A DNA stretch of 63,551 nt, counting the filler, from Pelomyxa schiedti (taxonomy: Eukaryota > Protista > Evosea), in assembly GCA_020536535.1 (NCBI GenBank). It is 9 parts of 9 records of this genome, joined end to end, with 100 filler letters (N's around TTAATTAATTAA, not from the genome) between each part and the next. Parts side by side here need not be neighbours in the genome. Positions count along the whole stretch, not along the records: positions 32,385 to 49,096 come from JAHLWZ010001139.1; 8 more parts are not named here. One strand, given 5' to 3'. Below are positions 36,200 to 49,196 of this stretch, piece after piece (position 1 is the first letter of the stretch; every line of letters starts with the position of its first letter). The notes beneath the pieces are model-generated. The model was not told where the DNA came from and did no database searches. It worked only from the letters and a program-made list of their open reading frames with translations. The translations under genes were made by a program, and so were the position numbers.

Positions 36200-37545
36200 T
36201 TACTCTGCGCCTGGTTTGAAGGCTGTCATGTCCTCAAAGGTACAGAATGTTGGTGGAGGAAGGACAAATGACCTGAGTTGAGACGTAAACAGCGCGGTCA
36301 TTTTTGCTCTTGCTTCGTTTAATGTGACCCGTTGGCCTATGGAGGGCTCATACATGGGATAGGCGATAGATATATCTAAAATAATGTGAGATTGAGAGTG
36401 GATTGTGCAATGTTGTGAGCACGTACGGAATTGGTATGTGGGGTCACATGGAACTCCCGTAGCAGTCGAAAGTTGAGCCCTAAGGCCAGCAAGGTCATCT
36501 GCTGTACGCTGATTGGCAGGACGCAATATCAGCAAGTGCGACATATGCATGTGATCAAAATTCATTACAATATCTCCAGACCAAGTGAAGTTCTTAAGTA
36601 CAGAGTTCGCCTTCAGAGCCATTTCTTCATGAACAACTGATAGAGAATTACATTTATTAGATTATACCCAGAGGAAATACCATACCAAGGTGCCTCAATA
36701 TTAAATCCATGTTTTAGATCAAATACAGTCATATGGAAGCTTGAAGGAGGCAATGGTGCCAAGGTTTGGGAGATCGTTGGCTTTTTATGCATTAAATGTA
36801 GTCTCAGAGTGAGGAATTACGAACCTCAGAAAGGAAGGATTGCCCCTGAGACACAATGGATTGCACGTTTGGATCAACAAAAGAAATGACAGTATTTCCA
36901 GGGAATCTCCTGAAAGTTCCATCAGGTGAGCACTTCTCTGGGAAAAAAGGAGCAGGGCGCAGTCCCACTCCTTTTGTTGATACAAGGTTACTCAGGGACA
37001 ATAGGTTTGCAGAGAACTAGTACCAGGTACTGCACGCAGAGCTTTTGAATCAAAAACATCACAAGTTGAGCTAATGTTCAAGGGAAGAGGCCTGTCCCCA
37101 CAAGACTCCCACACAATCTCGCCACTTGCCTTGATTACAACATATTTGTACCGTGCGTCCAACTGAGGTGCCTTATCCACATCCAAGGCCAATTCCCACA
37201 GGTAATATCCAGGGCACTCTGGTACACCTCCTTTGCACTCCATCCTCCTTGTAATGGTGAATACGTTCAAATAAGGAGTTCTGAATTAAAATTCGCATGG
37301 TACAAGCAAATGTCTCAATGGCAAAAAGAGTTGCAAAGAAAAAGGAAAAGTGAAAAAGGGGGGATAAAAAAAAAGTAATAATAAACGAAAAGGGAACAAA
37401 CTGCACACAGGGCGCATTGTGGGAGCCAGGCCCCAAGTTGGGGTCTGTTTCCGAGAACGGCCAAGGTGTCCCCGAAGGAGCAGGCCGCGGACCAACAAAC
37501 AAAATGGACGGGCGCGGACCGTACCAGATGTGCGCTGGTGAACAT
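36200..37545 (-). CDS. CBM20 starch/glycogen-binding domain + DUF1868-like 2H phosphoesterase
   Basis: CBM20: FGDTLAVLGNRPQLGAW, LW, YKYVV..GEIVWE..DR. 2H domain: KCSPDGTFRRFPGNTVI, LPPSSFHMTVFD (HxT) and spliced YQFHISIAY (HxS). Confidence 0.8.
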
Positions 37546-37879
37546 TCGTGTCTTTGTTGCCTGAGCTGCACGAAAATTTCTCTGATGTAAGAGGTGCACT
37601 GATTTGAATTCAGAACGACCTAATGGAAACCGCGGAACTTGCGCGGAGGTCCAAAAGGCAGAGATCTTCCCTTGATTTTTTGGTACAAGAAGACACAAAC
37701 AACGTTGTTTCGCGGTAAGATTATTCTCCTAAGGTAATCATACACATAATTCCGATTGTTGTGTGTGACAATCATACCTGTTTTGCCTGTCATTTTAAAA
37801 AAGAACCACCGCGAGTACTCTTGCCCTCTTCAGAAAGCAAAAAAAACAACAAAACCCACTGGGTTTCGGTCAAAACCAA

Positions 37880-40800
37880 ATGGATTTCAGGGTGGCAGAG
37901 AACTGTGACCCGCGTGGAATGGTGTCCCCTGTCTTAAATGTGAAAAATCCTGTGTGGCTGCAAGATGGAGGGAAGAAGGAATTTGAGTTTACATGCAAAG
38001 AAATACCTGTCTGTCCCCACAAAAACCCACCTGACAATTTATGTAAATACTGTTGGAAGTCCTTGACTCAAGGTAGGTGGATGTTTTGACTTTTTTTCTC
38101 CCTCCTTGATGTGCCAAATGTGTAAGTGAAAATGCAGCTGTGAAGTCTATCATGCACAACAGTCTGATGCACAAGTATGAACTGTTTATCACAGCACGCA
38201 AGCCTGGTGCTGAATACTTTCCACTGTGCCGAGTTTCACAACTCAACGAAATTGTATGCAGGCTTGGCAGAAGGTCCTCAGAATATTATCCTTCCCAGAA
38301 TTATCTCACAGTCATAATAGGCCTAATAAATGTAAGCAACAACGCATACTCGCGGAGCCGGAAAGATATAGTGGAATGTGTGCGGAGCAATTTGATGTGT
38401 CAACCACTACCAGGAATGGTGGAGGCTGTCCAACAAAGAACAGTCCTGATTCACCTGAAACAGTAAACGATACAGAGGGGGAAATCAGTAACACCAGAGA
38501 TAAAATTATTGAGAGTTGGTGGATGCACTGTGCCACAACATACCATAAACAAGAACTGCTAGCGTCCAACATATTTTTGTATGGTGGAGCAATTCAATCG
38601 AGACTGTGGAATTCCCCTGAAACGAATGGCAATGACGAAAGCCTTGTTCATCCTCAACTTCCCCTGAACACAAAGCCTCGAAAGAGCCATTCGCCAGTAA
38701 TTTCACCAGAAACCAATGAGACTTCGGCATTGCAGCCTTGGGGCCTCACTGACGGAACTGCTGGAACTTCCTCTGAAATATCACAAAAACCAAGCCGCTT
38801 GTCTCCTAGCCCAACAAGTTCCAGTGAAGATGAAAAAATAAATACACCAGCATCGTACCTTTTCCCTTTGGTTGCTTGTTCCATTAATTCCAACGCAGGA
38901 AGCGGCAATGCCTTACTCTCCAATCCTCTACAGATAGAGAACGTAAGAAAGCAACATAAAGAAAAACTTTTACATTAGCGTAACCTTGTAACATAGTTGC
39001 GGCCAATGCAATACTGAGCCAGCCTGGTGTTCAGATACTCTGGCAGAATGCCAATGATAAAACTGTTGTTATTGCGTGCTGGAAAGACAGTGGAGCAAGT
39101 GTGCCATTACATCAATGGTAGGATTCCTTTCAGGTACCTTTATTTAATTATCTCCTTAGGCCGTTAGCTTGTATAGCCCCTACATGTGAGATTCCCCAAT
39201 ACATTTCAGCACCGAGTGGAACTTTGTTATCTTTTCTTCAGACCGCCTTAAGGCATATTAACGATGGGCAAATGTCCCATGCCACATACACTCTGCGTCT
39301 CGCTGTTGGAATTGCACCTAGGTATACCCCAAAGCTCCAATCCTGGCGGCATATAATAGTAAAAACAGGTCATTGGCAGCCTTGGCACTGCTCAACTGGT
39401 GCTGGTGGTCCCGCCCTGAATCGGAAGGTGAAGATGTAGCCCAAGTTAAAAGCGGAGAAGAGACAGCCGTTTTCGACGCACCTTCCAATGACATGGCCAT
39501 CGAGTTGCTCCGAAACGCCACAACTGAAGAGCAAAACTCCGCAGAGGCGTTCTTCACCGCACACTGTGACATACCTGCATCTCGATCAGTACTCGCGACC
39601 CTTGTGTAAGTTTTTCGTTTCTTCTTGGGTCAAGCGACCGAAAAAAAATAAATAACCCTTGAACAGACTGTATCTAAGACGGGACGCGCGACTAGCTACG
39701 CAACTGTGGGCAAGCGCTGCAGAACAAAATTGTGCCCCGGCACAGCGATCAGTGGCAGTGAGGCACATACGGGGTGATAGCTCTGGTGTATGTGGATGCG
39801 ATCCCATGGAAGGAGTTCGCCTTCTCAGGTATCTAGTTTCTTGAGAGGAGTGTGTATGGAGGTGTAGGGGTCGGTGTGGGAGAGTGGTGCCACCAATTTG
39901 TTTTTCTTCCCTTTGTTCCATGTTAATACTGGAAAGGTTAGCTGCCATGAGGGGTGATGTACCAGCTTATGGATGGCTTGCTCACTGTTATGAACTTGGA
40001 ATTGGGCTTCCTCAGAACTGGAAGAAGGCTGAAAAATACTATAGACTTGCCAGTGAAAGAGGTGACTTGGAGTCACAATGCGGGTTCACATAATTCCATT
40101 TACTTTTTCCCTTCTCACCTTATTTTAGTCTTGGTTGGTTGTACGAACGTGGACTCGGGGTAAGTCACACGAATTTCGGGAAGGCAGTGATGTGGTACCA
40201 CCGATCGGCAGCTCAGGGATTTGCTGATGCCCAGAGGTTCGTCAGCTTCCTTCTTATCTTGTGAGAAAGTAAACCTGCACTGTAGGCGTCTGGCTTGGCT
40301 TCAGTGGGTGGGTCTTGGTACTCCCCGAAATCGTCCACAGGCAGTAAAAAACCTCCTCAAAGCAGCAAAACAGGGTCACGTGCAATCACTGACCGAGCTA
40401 CAACTATGGCTGTTATCCTTGAAGGGTAAGCTGGCAATGTCCTTGCCAAATCAAAGCCTCTCCGCAACTGCACTTCCGGTTAGACACCCAATGTCAGCAC
40501 CCATTTCCGAGGCGGCAACATCTATGGGATCACCGTTGGCATTTGGTTTCTACACTTATAGCTGTAACTTTGCCCTTAACCTTACAATAGGTTACAAACC
40601 TTTTCCATTAGAATCAGGGCACTCACCCCAACAACTTCCTCTTGAACCTAGTTTCCCTGTCCTGACAGGCCACTCAACAACTCCCAATACCCCAAGGATT
40701 CTACCCTCAGTGCAAACCCCACTCGCCGAGTTCCACTCAGGAACTGCTTTTCTATTCCAGCCTCCAATTTCAGGCCCATCCACAATACAGACTCAAATCC

Positions 40801-40982
40801 AGATACTGAGTGCCTCACCAACAGTACCAGGAGAAATTCCACCAGAACTCATATCTGCAAGTGAAGAATGGCTGACGTGCACAGTCAGCAGCAGCACCCT
40901 CCTCAGCACATTCTCACAACGCCAAGCAGATCTTTCAAGACGTTACTTCTGGTCCAAGGACAACTCCCCACCAATAATCTGA
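37880..40982 (+). CDS. Large multi-exon protein with Sel1-like repeats (may be more than one gene)
   Basis: AYGWLAHCYELGIGLPQNWKKAEKYYRLASERG, LGWLYERGLGV..AVMWYHRSAAQG, LAWLQWVGLGTPRN..AAKQG; upstream exons lack recognisable domains. Confidence 0.65.
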
Positions 40983-41093
40983 CACTAAACACTTGTGTGA
41001 TCATCCCATGCATGTACGATAAAGAGTGACACAAACAGAAACCTGTAAATTCCGGCTTCAAGAAAGGAATTTCCTTTCATTTCCCATTTTTTT

Positions 41094-43580
41094 TTATTTT
41101 GCTTTGTTTTGTTTGGACTTAGGTGCTATTGGGGAGGAAATATGACCTGTAGTGCAGCACCTCCTGTTGGGAAAATTTTTCTTGGTTAGCCAAAGTGTGG
41201 TTGTGGAATGGGCAACCTTGGTTGTGGTGTTGCAGGTTATTTCAATCAAGGCTGCTTTGGTCAAACGTTTGGTAGTGCCACTGTTGATATAGAGCTTCTT
41301 GGGAGCAAATTCCCTCGTCATGGCACAATGTGTGTGACCTGTTTGGGACTTTGAGTTAGTGCGTTTATAAGAGAAAGGCAAACCCAGAACAACGCAGGCT
41401 GTATTTTCGGAGGCATTTAACAGCTGCCAGGCATACCTAAAAGGTGAGTGACTCATCAGAACCAAACAAAGAGAACGTACTGATCAACGGTTTTTGACAA
41501 AATCAGGGGGGAAAGTTCTGGGGTTGTAGACAGAATTAAATCGAATTTCTTATGTGCGGTGTCTCCATCAAGAACCGTTTCAGTCTGTGGTTGAGATTTA
41601 AGTGACTCGAGCCTTGCTCCTAGATACAGTGCGTGCATCTGTTTGAGATTTGAGAATGGCACTAGCCAATGTTGGAAGGGGGAAAACTATTTTCTCGTAT
41701 TTCTCAATTACAGCCGGCTTTCAAGGAAAATATATTGCCATGTAAATCAGTGGATTACTGTGGAGGAATGATTTGGCATACAAGGGAGGCAGTGGTAGTT
41801 TCAGTACTGGACAGGGGTATTTCAAGACAAATACTTTCGTACTGTGTTGATTTGTAAGCTACTGCAAGGACGATTTCCAAGAGGGCATGCCACTCGCAGA
41901 TATCACAAGGTATTTTTCTTATTTCAGGCTGGAGCTGAACTGAGTGCAAAGAAAAGGGAACAAGAAGGACGCACATGGTGAGGTAAAGAAAGAACCTCCC
42001 GTGCTTGCGCTGTGCCAAACTTCTTTACAATTTTATGGACCAGCTTTTTTCGCTTGCCTGTTGACTCCTCACGGATATCAACAGTTGTCCGGAGTTTCGT
42101 TGTGAAGAATCCGAAGGGAAGAACGCCATACACGATTGGATTTGGTGGTGAGAGCCTCATATCAAAGATATCCTTTGAGTGGCCATGCTCCACTATAACT
42201 GTCTGGTTGCTGTCCGAAAAGAAGGTTCCCTGGAAGAGGGAATGAGCTTATGTAGAGCATCACATGAATACCTACATCAGTGTACTCGACGTCGCCGCTG
42301 AAGAAGCTTGTTATATCTTCAGGTGTGACTGTCATATCATGATTTCCCGTTAGATAGTAGAAATTCACGCCGGCACTCTGGGAGGGAAGTAAAAGTCAAA
42401 TGAGAAAAGAGAAAATGAAAAAGTGTGATGGCAACACATACTTTGAGCTTTCTAATGGTTTCCTTGAATGTCAAGCAGGCGGCCCTCAAGTCAAACACTT
42501 TAGGATTTGCAACTAAATATTGTAGGTATAGCCTTGTTTGGTCACTGAGGTGAGGTGCTTCAAGCCACCTGCTTGGATCGAAGCTATCTATGTCTGACAA
42601 AGACTTGAACAGGATGTCTATGGGCTGAGGTAACAGTTTTAATTCAGAAAAAAGTCTAAGAAGCAACAGTAACCTGAGCCCATAAATCGAAAATGTCACC
42701 AGCCATTACTACTGCCAAATGAGTAGGGGATGCAGCCGGAGGATTTCCTGTAGTCTTGCGTTCGAACCAAGATACCAGGCCATCACACAGATGATCAACA
42801 ACCTGAGTGGGGCATTGGTTGCCCATGCTCTTTCGCGGAGGGAAACTGCCCAGGTGCAAGTCACTGAACACTAAAATGTCCATACCACCGTCTACACTGC
42901 TTAAATGAGTAGAAGTAGTAGTGGTAGTAGTAATGGTGCCGGGAGATGGCGGAGTGCCCGTGCCTGTGCTGGTGGGGTGACCTGGTGGTGACTGAGGCTG
43001 AACAAAGGTGTCCATTACAGAATCAAGGAATTTCACAAACATGGAATTGCAGTGGCTTTTCCATTTAGTTGTGGCCAGGTTGGCACTGTAGAGTGCATGT
43101 CCGGGCTCCGCGCGGTGGCAAAAGGCGTCTCCGCCAGTGGATAATCCCACAGGGTAGGTAACATTCCGTGCGGTGACAAACTTCACGAAGTCCAGCACAC
43201 TCGCTTGCCTTCCTGATACCTGTATGCATGGGAACAAAAACCAGCAGTCAAAAAGTTAATGGCCATAGATTCCGAACCTGACACCGGGAATTGAATCTAT
43301 GCATACCTCGATGATGAAGTCGCCAGGGTCGAGCCTGAAGGATTTGACCTGACGGCCTGCTGGAGACCCTCCCGCAGCAACCACGGTAGTCCCTTGCTTC
43401 AACTGAAAGTTTCAGGAGAGTGGGTGGTTAATGGGATGGGATTGGATTGGATGGGGTCGGGAGAAATGCAAGTCACAGACCAACCTGGAGGAAGCCTACG
43501 TAGTCCCCATCCAGAGCGTAAACGACTTCAGTGACAACCGATTCCCACTCGGGGCTGCCTGTCCTTTCGTCGGTTGTCAT
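41094..43580 (-). CDS. Jacalin-like lectin + calcineurin-like metallophosphoesterase (LpxH-like motif set)
   Basis: MPP motifs VFSDLHLG, MAGDIFDLW, LTGNHD, MEHGH, GHTH and YINSG; N-terminal GG..FRLDPGDFIIE|VSGR..LDFVKFVT..Y..G..GGDAF beta-prism pattern. Confidence 0.75.
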
Positions 43581-43838
43581 CTTGCGGTGGTTTGTGTACA
43601 GGATTTCTCCGAAACAACTACTGGACTGTTTACAGGAGGTGCCTGCCTCAACAATGGTTGTCACGTATCACACAGTTTGAAGCGCTGATCTGATGGGTCA
43701 TTGAGAACCCAGGGAACCCCTCCGGTTCTTTGAAACTCCGGGGTTTTCAAATAACCGCATACCACAGTGCAAAACAAAATTTCGAAGCAGGCAAATTTGT
43801 AAATTTGTAATTTATAACCCAGAAAAAACAAAACATAA

Positions 43839-44528
<690 letters not shown>

Positions 44529-45458
44529 GAATCAGTGCCACTTCTCTAGAAATTCGCAATGTACTCTGAGTAAATTGTAAAAAAAAAAAAAACCTCTTTT
44601 TGTTACCTTTTTTTTATTTCCACTGTCACAGACGATGGTAATGAAACAAGCACAGAGCCTGGAGACAAGTAAGACGTTCACCCATAAGGCCTTTACCCTT
44701 CGAGCATATCCTGCTCCCCAATCACTAGTACCGCATTCATAAGTTCATCGACTCTTTTGCATCGACCCCTGTTGAATTCACACACAGGCGGCGGCACGGC
44801 GAGCCTATAGGGAGAGGGGCTAACGGAGGCAGAGGCTGAGACCAGGCGCAGCCCGGCTCGGCCCCCAACTCTGGGGCGTGGCTTTGCCACACTAGCTTAT
44901 GGGGCGCCCACTCCACAAGATTCGCTTGGAAGTGGGAGTGAGAGACGTGCAAGCCCCAGTTTTTGCACCCACACTCGGCACCGCCACTCCCTCTCAACCA
45001 ATTCAACAACAAAATTAAAAAGGGAAGGAGAAACTGTTGTGATGATCGTAGCAACGGAAAACGTTGTTGTTGATCTTTTATTTGTTCATGATCACCTTAT
45101 TGGGGATTTCACCGGTGCTGCGGGAGGCCCACGCGACGTCGGACCGCAATATTTGTAGTAGGTGATTCCTAAGTCGTGGTTGTTGTGTTTTTTCCCCGCA
45201 CCGGCGCGATTTTCGTAACCTTGTGGGTTTTTTTTTCCGCATCACCCGAAAGGACTTTACGTTGTGTTTCGTTCCTAAGGAACGAATGTGAGAACAAACA
45301 CACGGAACACCAATGGTCCGACGCCAAAGCACCAGCAAATAACCACAAAAACCGGGAAAAAAAAAAAGCCTTCTCAACTGTGGGACCGAAGTCCCTCAAG
45401 AGTGGGCCTGAAAGAACATCGTCGCGGAATTTGGAGTTGAACAAAACAAAGAACAGGT

Positions 45459-45710
45459 GGCTGAATAAAATTATTGGACGTTTCAGTCAAAAAACAGCAT
45501 AATGAATGAAAAATAAAAACAACCAACAAAAAACGAGTTTATCCACTGGGCACACCCAGTGCATTTCGTTTGATTTTGATGATAGTTCTCGTTTTTTGTT
45601 TGTGTGGCTTGAACCCCGGGTTTTTGACTGAAACGTCCAATATCAACGGACCGGAACGCTGTCATTATCGTCGCACAGGATCGGCGGTCTGGTGTTTTTT
45701 TTATTCAGCC
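45459..45710. mobile_element. MITE with 12-bp TIRs (GGCTGAATAAAA) and 4-bp TSD AGGT, containing a nested TA-flanked MITE
   Basis: AGGT at 45455-45458 and 45711-45714 flank the TIRs; internal 22-bp inverted repeat at 45472-45493 / 45621-45642. Confidence 0.8.
45474..45640. mobile_element. Nested MITE with 20-bp TIRs (TTGGACGTTTCAGTCAAAAA) and TA target duplication
   Basis: Perfect TIRs flanked by TA on both sides; the insert is absent from the homologous element at 5782-5856. Confidence 0.7.
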
Positions 45711-45910
45711 AGGTGCTCCCTGCTGTTGCTCTTGCTGTGGAATGATGGTGCCTGAGGGGCTCTTGTTTGTGGTGGTGATGATACCGGTGCCCGTATCAGC
45801 TGAAGAACAAGACGAGGAGGATGAGGATTCCTGGAGAGTTGCAACTTGAGGATGAGCGTAGTGACTCCCTACAGAAGCAGCAGCGGATGCCGGACTGCTG
45901 ATGGTCGTTC

Positions 45911-47300
45911 TCATGATGGACCCACCTGGGTTGAGCACAAGCCACGACGCTTCCTCTCCAATTGCACCAACAGGTCGCTTGGCGGTGGATCCACCTGTCC
46001 TGTGGGGTGGTGCAGCGCGTCCAAGGCACCGCACCTCACAAGGAAGCGCACAACTTCTGAGGTGTCTCTGGCACTGGTGAGTGCGTCGAATATTGGGAGG
46101 TTGACAGCTGGGTTGACGCCAATGGAATCAACAAGATGCTGGACAACGAACAGGTTTCCCACTGCACACGCAAGTGCAAGAGTCGTGTTCAGCATGGAAT
46201 CGCATATCTTTTCTCCACACAACAGTATCAGCTGCTCAAGGAACTTGTGGCAAGTGCAGGATTGGTCTATCTCTGGCGGTGCCTTCTCGCTTGGATGGTG
46301 GTTGCCCCAATACTGATTCCGCACTGCCCCGTGGGTGCAGTGGCACAGCTTTCTGTAGTGTTTCCTGAGCGGCAAAGTGAAATTTCGTGACAGGCATGCC
46401 TTGATCGCATCCTGGTGCATTTTGGGGCTCCGAGCTACGTATGTGCATAACTCCAGGTGCGACGTGGCGCAGTCTTCGTCAATGCATGCCTGACACGAAA
46501 TTTCACTGTGCCGCTCAGGAAACACTACAGAAAGCTGCGCCACACAATGACAACTACTACAAATGAGAGTGGCCACAAGAGCAGCAGAAGAAAGAGATAA
46601 TCATCACCTGTGGTGATTGTGGCTGACTGTCCAAGCGAAACAGTTTCTTGAGCCTCTTGAGGTCCCCAAAAGGCATCACAGCGACCAGTTTCTTTGGGTC
46701 AAAACCCAGGTGGTCCGCGCTCCGCCAGCGCGGATCCTCTTGTACTGGACACCCGGCTGACGAAGCAATCATCAACTACTTCCAGTTGATCACCGTCACT
46801 AGTGAGCTGTTTCTTCCTCTCATCATGATCAGCGCCACCGCCACCACCATCGCCGAAACTGTCGTCGTCGTAAGCACCACCACCATAGTCATCCACGTCC
46901 GCACCGTAGTCGTATTCATCCCACTCATAGTCTGGTGGTTGCACGGTGCCGGGCTCCTGGGGCCGCTGTGGCTGATTGGGCTGCTCTGCTGGCACCAACT
47001 TGTGTGCATGGCTGCGGAGGGAAAACTCCTCGTCGGCGGCGAGGCCTGGGCCCAGCCCCGTCGCCCCCATCTCGATCTTGAACGTGATAGTCGTCGCCCT
47101 GCTGCTGCTCCTGATCGGGCCCGTGCCCATCCACTGTTGCCGACGCTGCCACGGTACTTGTGGCACTGAATGCAGTTGTTCCCGGTGCTGATGTTGCGTT
47201 GGTTGATCCGGTCGTGGGCGTTGCCAACCTTACGAGTGGCACGATGGCTGTAAACCGTCACCTCTTGCTCTACATTGTTGCTGTGTGCAGGTGACACCAC
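45911..47300 (-). pseudogene. Hypothetical ankyrin-like gene, rearranged or frameshifted
   Basis: LALACAVGNLFVVQHLVD..GVNP and EVVRFLV ankyrin-like segments; acidic upstream exon with a frame discontinuity; an internal 65-bp inverted repeat. Confidence 0.4.
46340..46543. repeat. 65-bp inverted repeat (46340-46404 / 46479-46543, 4 mismatches)
   Basis: gtggcacagctttctgtagtgtttcctgagcggc...catgccttga is the reverse complement of tcaatgcatg...gaaagctgcgccac. Confidence 0.9.
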
Positions 47301-47335
47301 CACTTCGACAACAAAGAAGGAAAAGAAGTAAAAGA

Positions 47336-48513
47336 AAAAAAAGGGGGCAGCCGAAGTTGGGATTCACGGGGACATTGGCGAATCGTTCAGAGGAATTCCG
47401 CAGGGTACAGAAAACACAAAACCAGGGATTCTCATTGAATGAAGCCAAGGGAGCAAAATAATAATTGTGAGAGAAAAAGAAAAAGCTGGGGCTCATGGAT
47501 GACGAAGGAAACAATCGCCAATGTCCCCGTGAATCCCAACTTCGGCTGCCCCCCTTTTTTTTTGCTGGCATAAATGCCGAGGCCTACAGAACTTTTGTGA
47601 AACCCATCATTGAACTGTCGGAGAGAATCCGCGAGGTACAGGAAAACGAAAAACATGGATTCCACGTCGAATGGCAAGCTTGGGCTAACGGATGATGAAG
47701 GAAACAATCGCCAATATCCCCGCGATGACCAGCTTCAATTCATTCATTCATTCATTCACCTCCTTGTGTGTGATCCATTTTTTTTTTGTTTTTTGTACAC
47801 CAGGGTGTTCTATGTGATAGAGTCAAAGAATGGCACAATAAGGTGTAAGGAGTACTTGAGTTTTTGTGTGCCAGGAAGGATCTATAGAACGTATGCCACT
47901 GATGAAGGACATCCCATATTATGTTCTCTTATCTCGAGTACTAAAATGGGGAAAAGAAAAAAACCTAGATGGTGGTGCCTTCTAGTAACGCAAAATGCTC
48001 CACAAAGGTGAAAGAAAACCAACCTGTGGGCAATAAGTGCAAGAATGGGAGAAAAAGCAGTGTTACTATGCGGGATTGGGAAATCTGGCAACTGCTCAAG
48101 GAACTGCTGGAAGGAAGAGGTCAGAATGGAAGGATGAAGAAGCACCTTCAACGAATATTGTTGGCCGAATGCTCCGGACCAGGATATGATGAATCCCATG
48201 AGGCAATTTGCAGGATACCAGAGACTTTGGCAAGGGAAATCGGACTTTCTACATTAATACATCATCGGTTTGTGGTGATCTCAATACGCCTGGGAAGGAG
48301 TGACTGGGAGAGTGGGATGTTTGGATATACCATCAAGAAGGCAGCTGAACAGAATGCGGGATTGCTCAAGAACCTGCTGGAAGAGGTCAGAATGGAAGGA
48401 TGAAGCTCTTTCTTCCATTGGAATGTGGCAAGGAGTAAAGGCAGGGGATGGAGCTGGGGCTAATGGATGACGAAGGAAACAATCGCCAATGTCCCTGTGA
48501 ATTCCAGCTTTCG
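47336..48513. repeat. Mosaic of dispersed ~60-bp direct repeats, one inverted copy and a second repeat pair
   Basis: gggct.a.ggatga.gaaggaaacaatcgccaat.tccc at about 47484, 47677 and 48452; inverted partial copy at 47336-47381; tgctcaag..ctgctggaag..ggtcagaatggaaggatgaag at 48093 and 48363. Confidence 0.85.
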
Positions 48514-49196
48514 CCTCATTTCATTAATTCATTCTCTCCCTGTCCTCCAAGTTGTGAATTTTTTTTTTTCCCTTTTGTTCTTCCAGTCAGTCCCTCCTCT
48601 CAGACAGCAGTTAGACAAACAATTAGATGCTGATTGCTGATAAAATAAAATGCTGAAGCTCAACCTCATCATAATGATCAGGCAGCGTGGATTTTTTGCC
48701 AAGCGACTCTGAACAGAACTGAACAGAGCTCAGTCATACAACAAGGCAAGTGCCAACAGTGAAAGTGGCTTGGCAGGAACCCCCGCAACACAAGTTCATT
48801 AACTCTCACCTTGAGGAACCTAGAGCGTACCCTAGACCGATGCCGAGGTGCACCTGGATCCGTGTGGACTGCGCCACCGAACCACACATCCTACTTTGCG
48901 AATGCCTAAGTTGCTGTGAACTCAGTCTCTGTGCTGTACTTCGTTTTTTTTTCTTTTCTTTTCGTCCCAGTTCCAAATAAAAGCAGGAAAAAAACATGCA
49001 CCCAAGTGAGGGTCTTTGGTCTACAGGTCCAGAATCTTTCTTATTTCAGAGAAGACTGTGTCGCGGTGCTGGAGGGCGTTGACGTGGTGGATGGATNNNN
49101 NNNNNNNNNNNNNNNNNNNNNNNNNNNNNNNNNNNNNNNNTTAATTAATTAANNNNNNNNNNNNNNNNNNNNNNNNNNNNNNNNNNNNNNNNNNNN

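Noticed and set aside
43265-43302. Intronic hairpin with a GGTTCG B-box-like string
   Set aside because: Too short for a tRNA cloverleaf; no A-box or acceptor stem.
47484-48513. CRISPR-like reading of the repeated ~40-60-bp unit
   Set aside because: Spacing is irregular (about 190 and 770 bp), copies are diverged, the context is eukaryotic and there are no cas genes.
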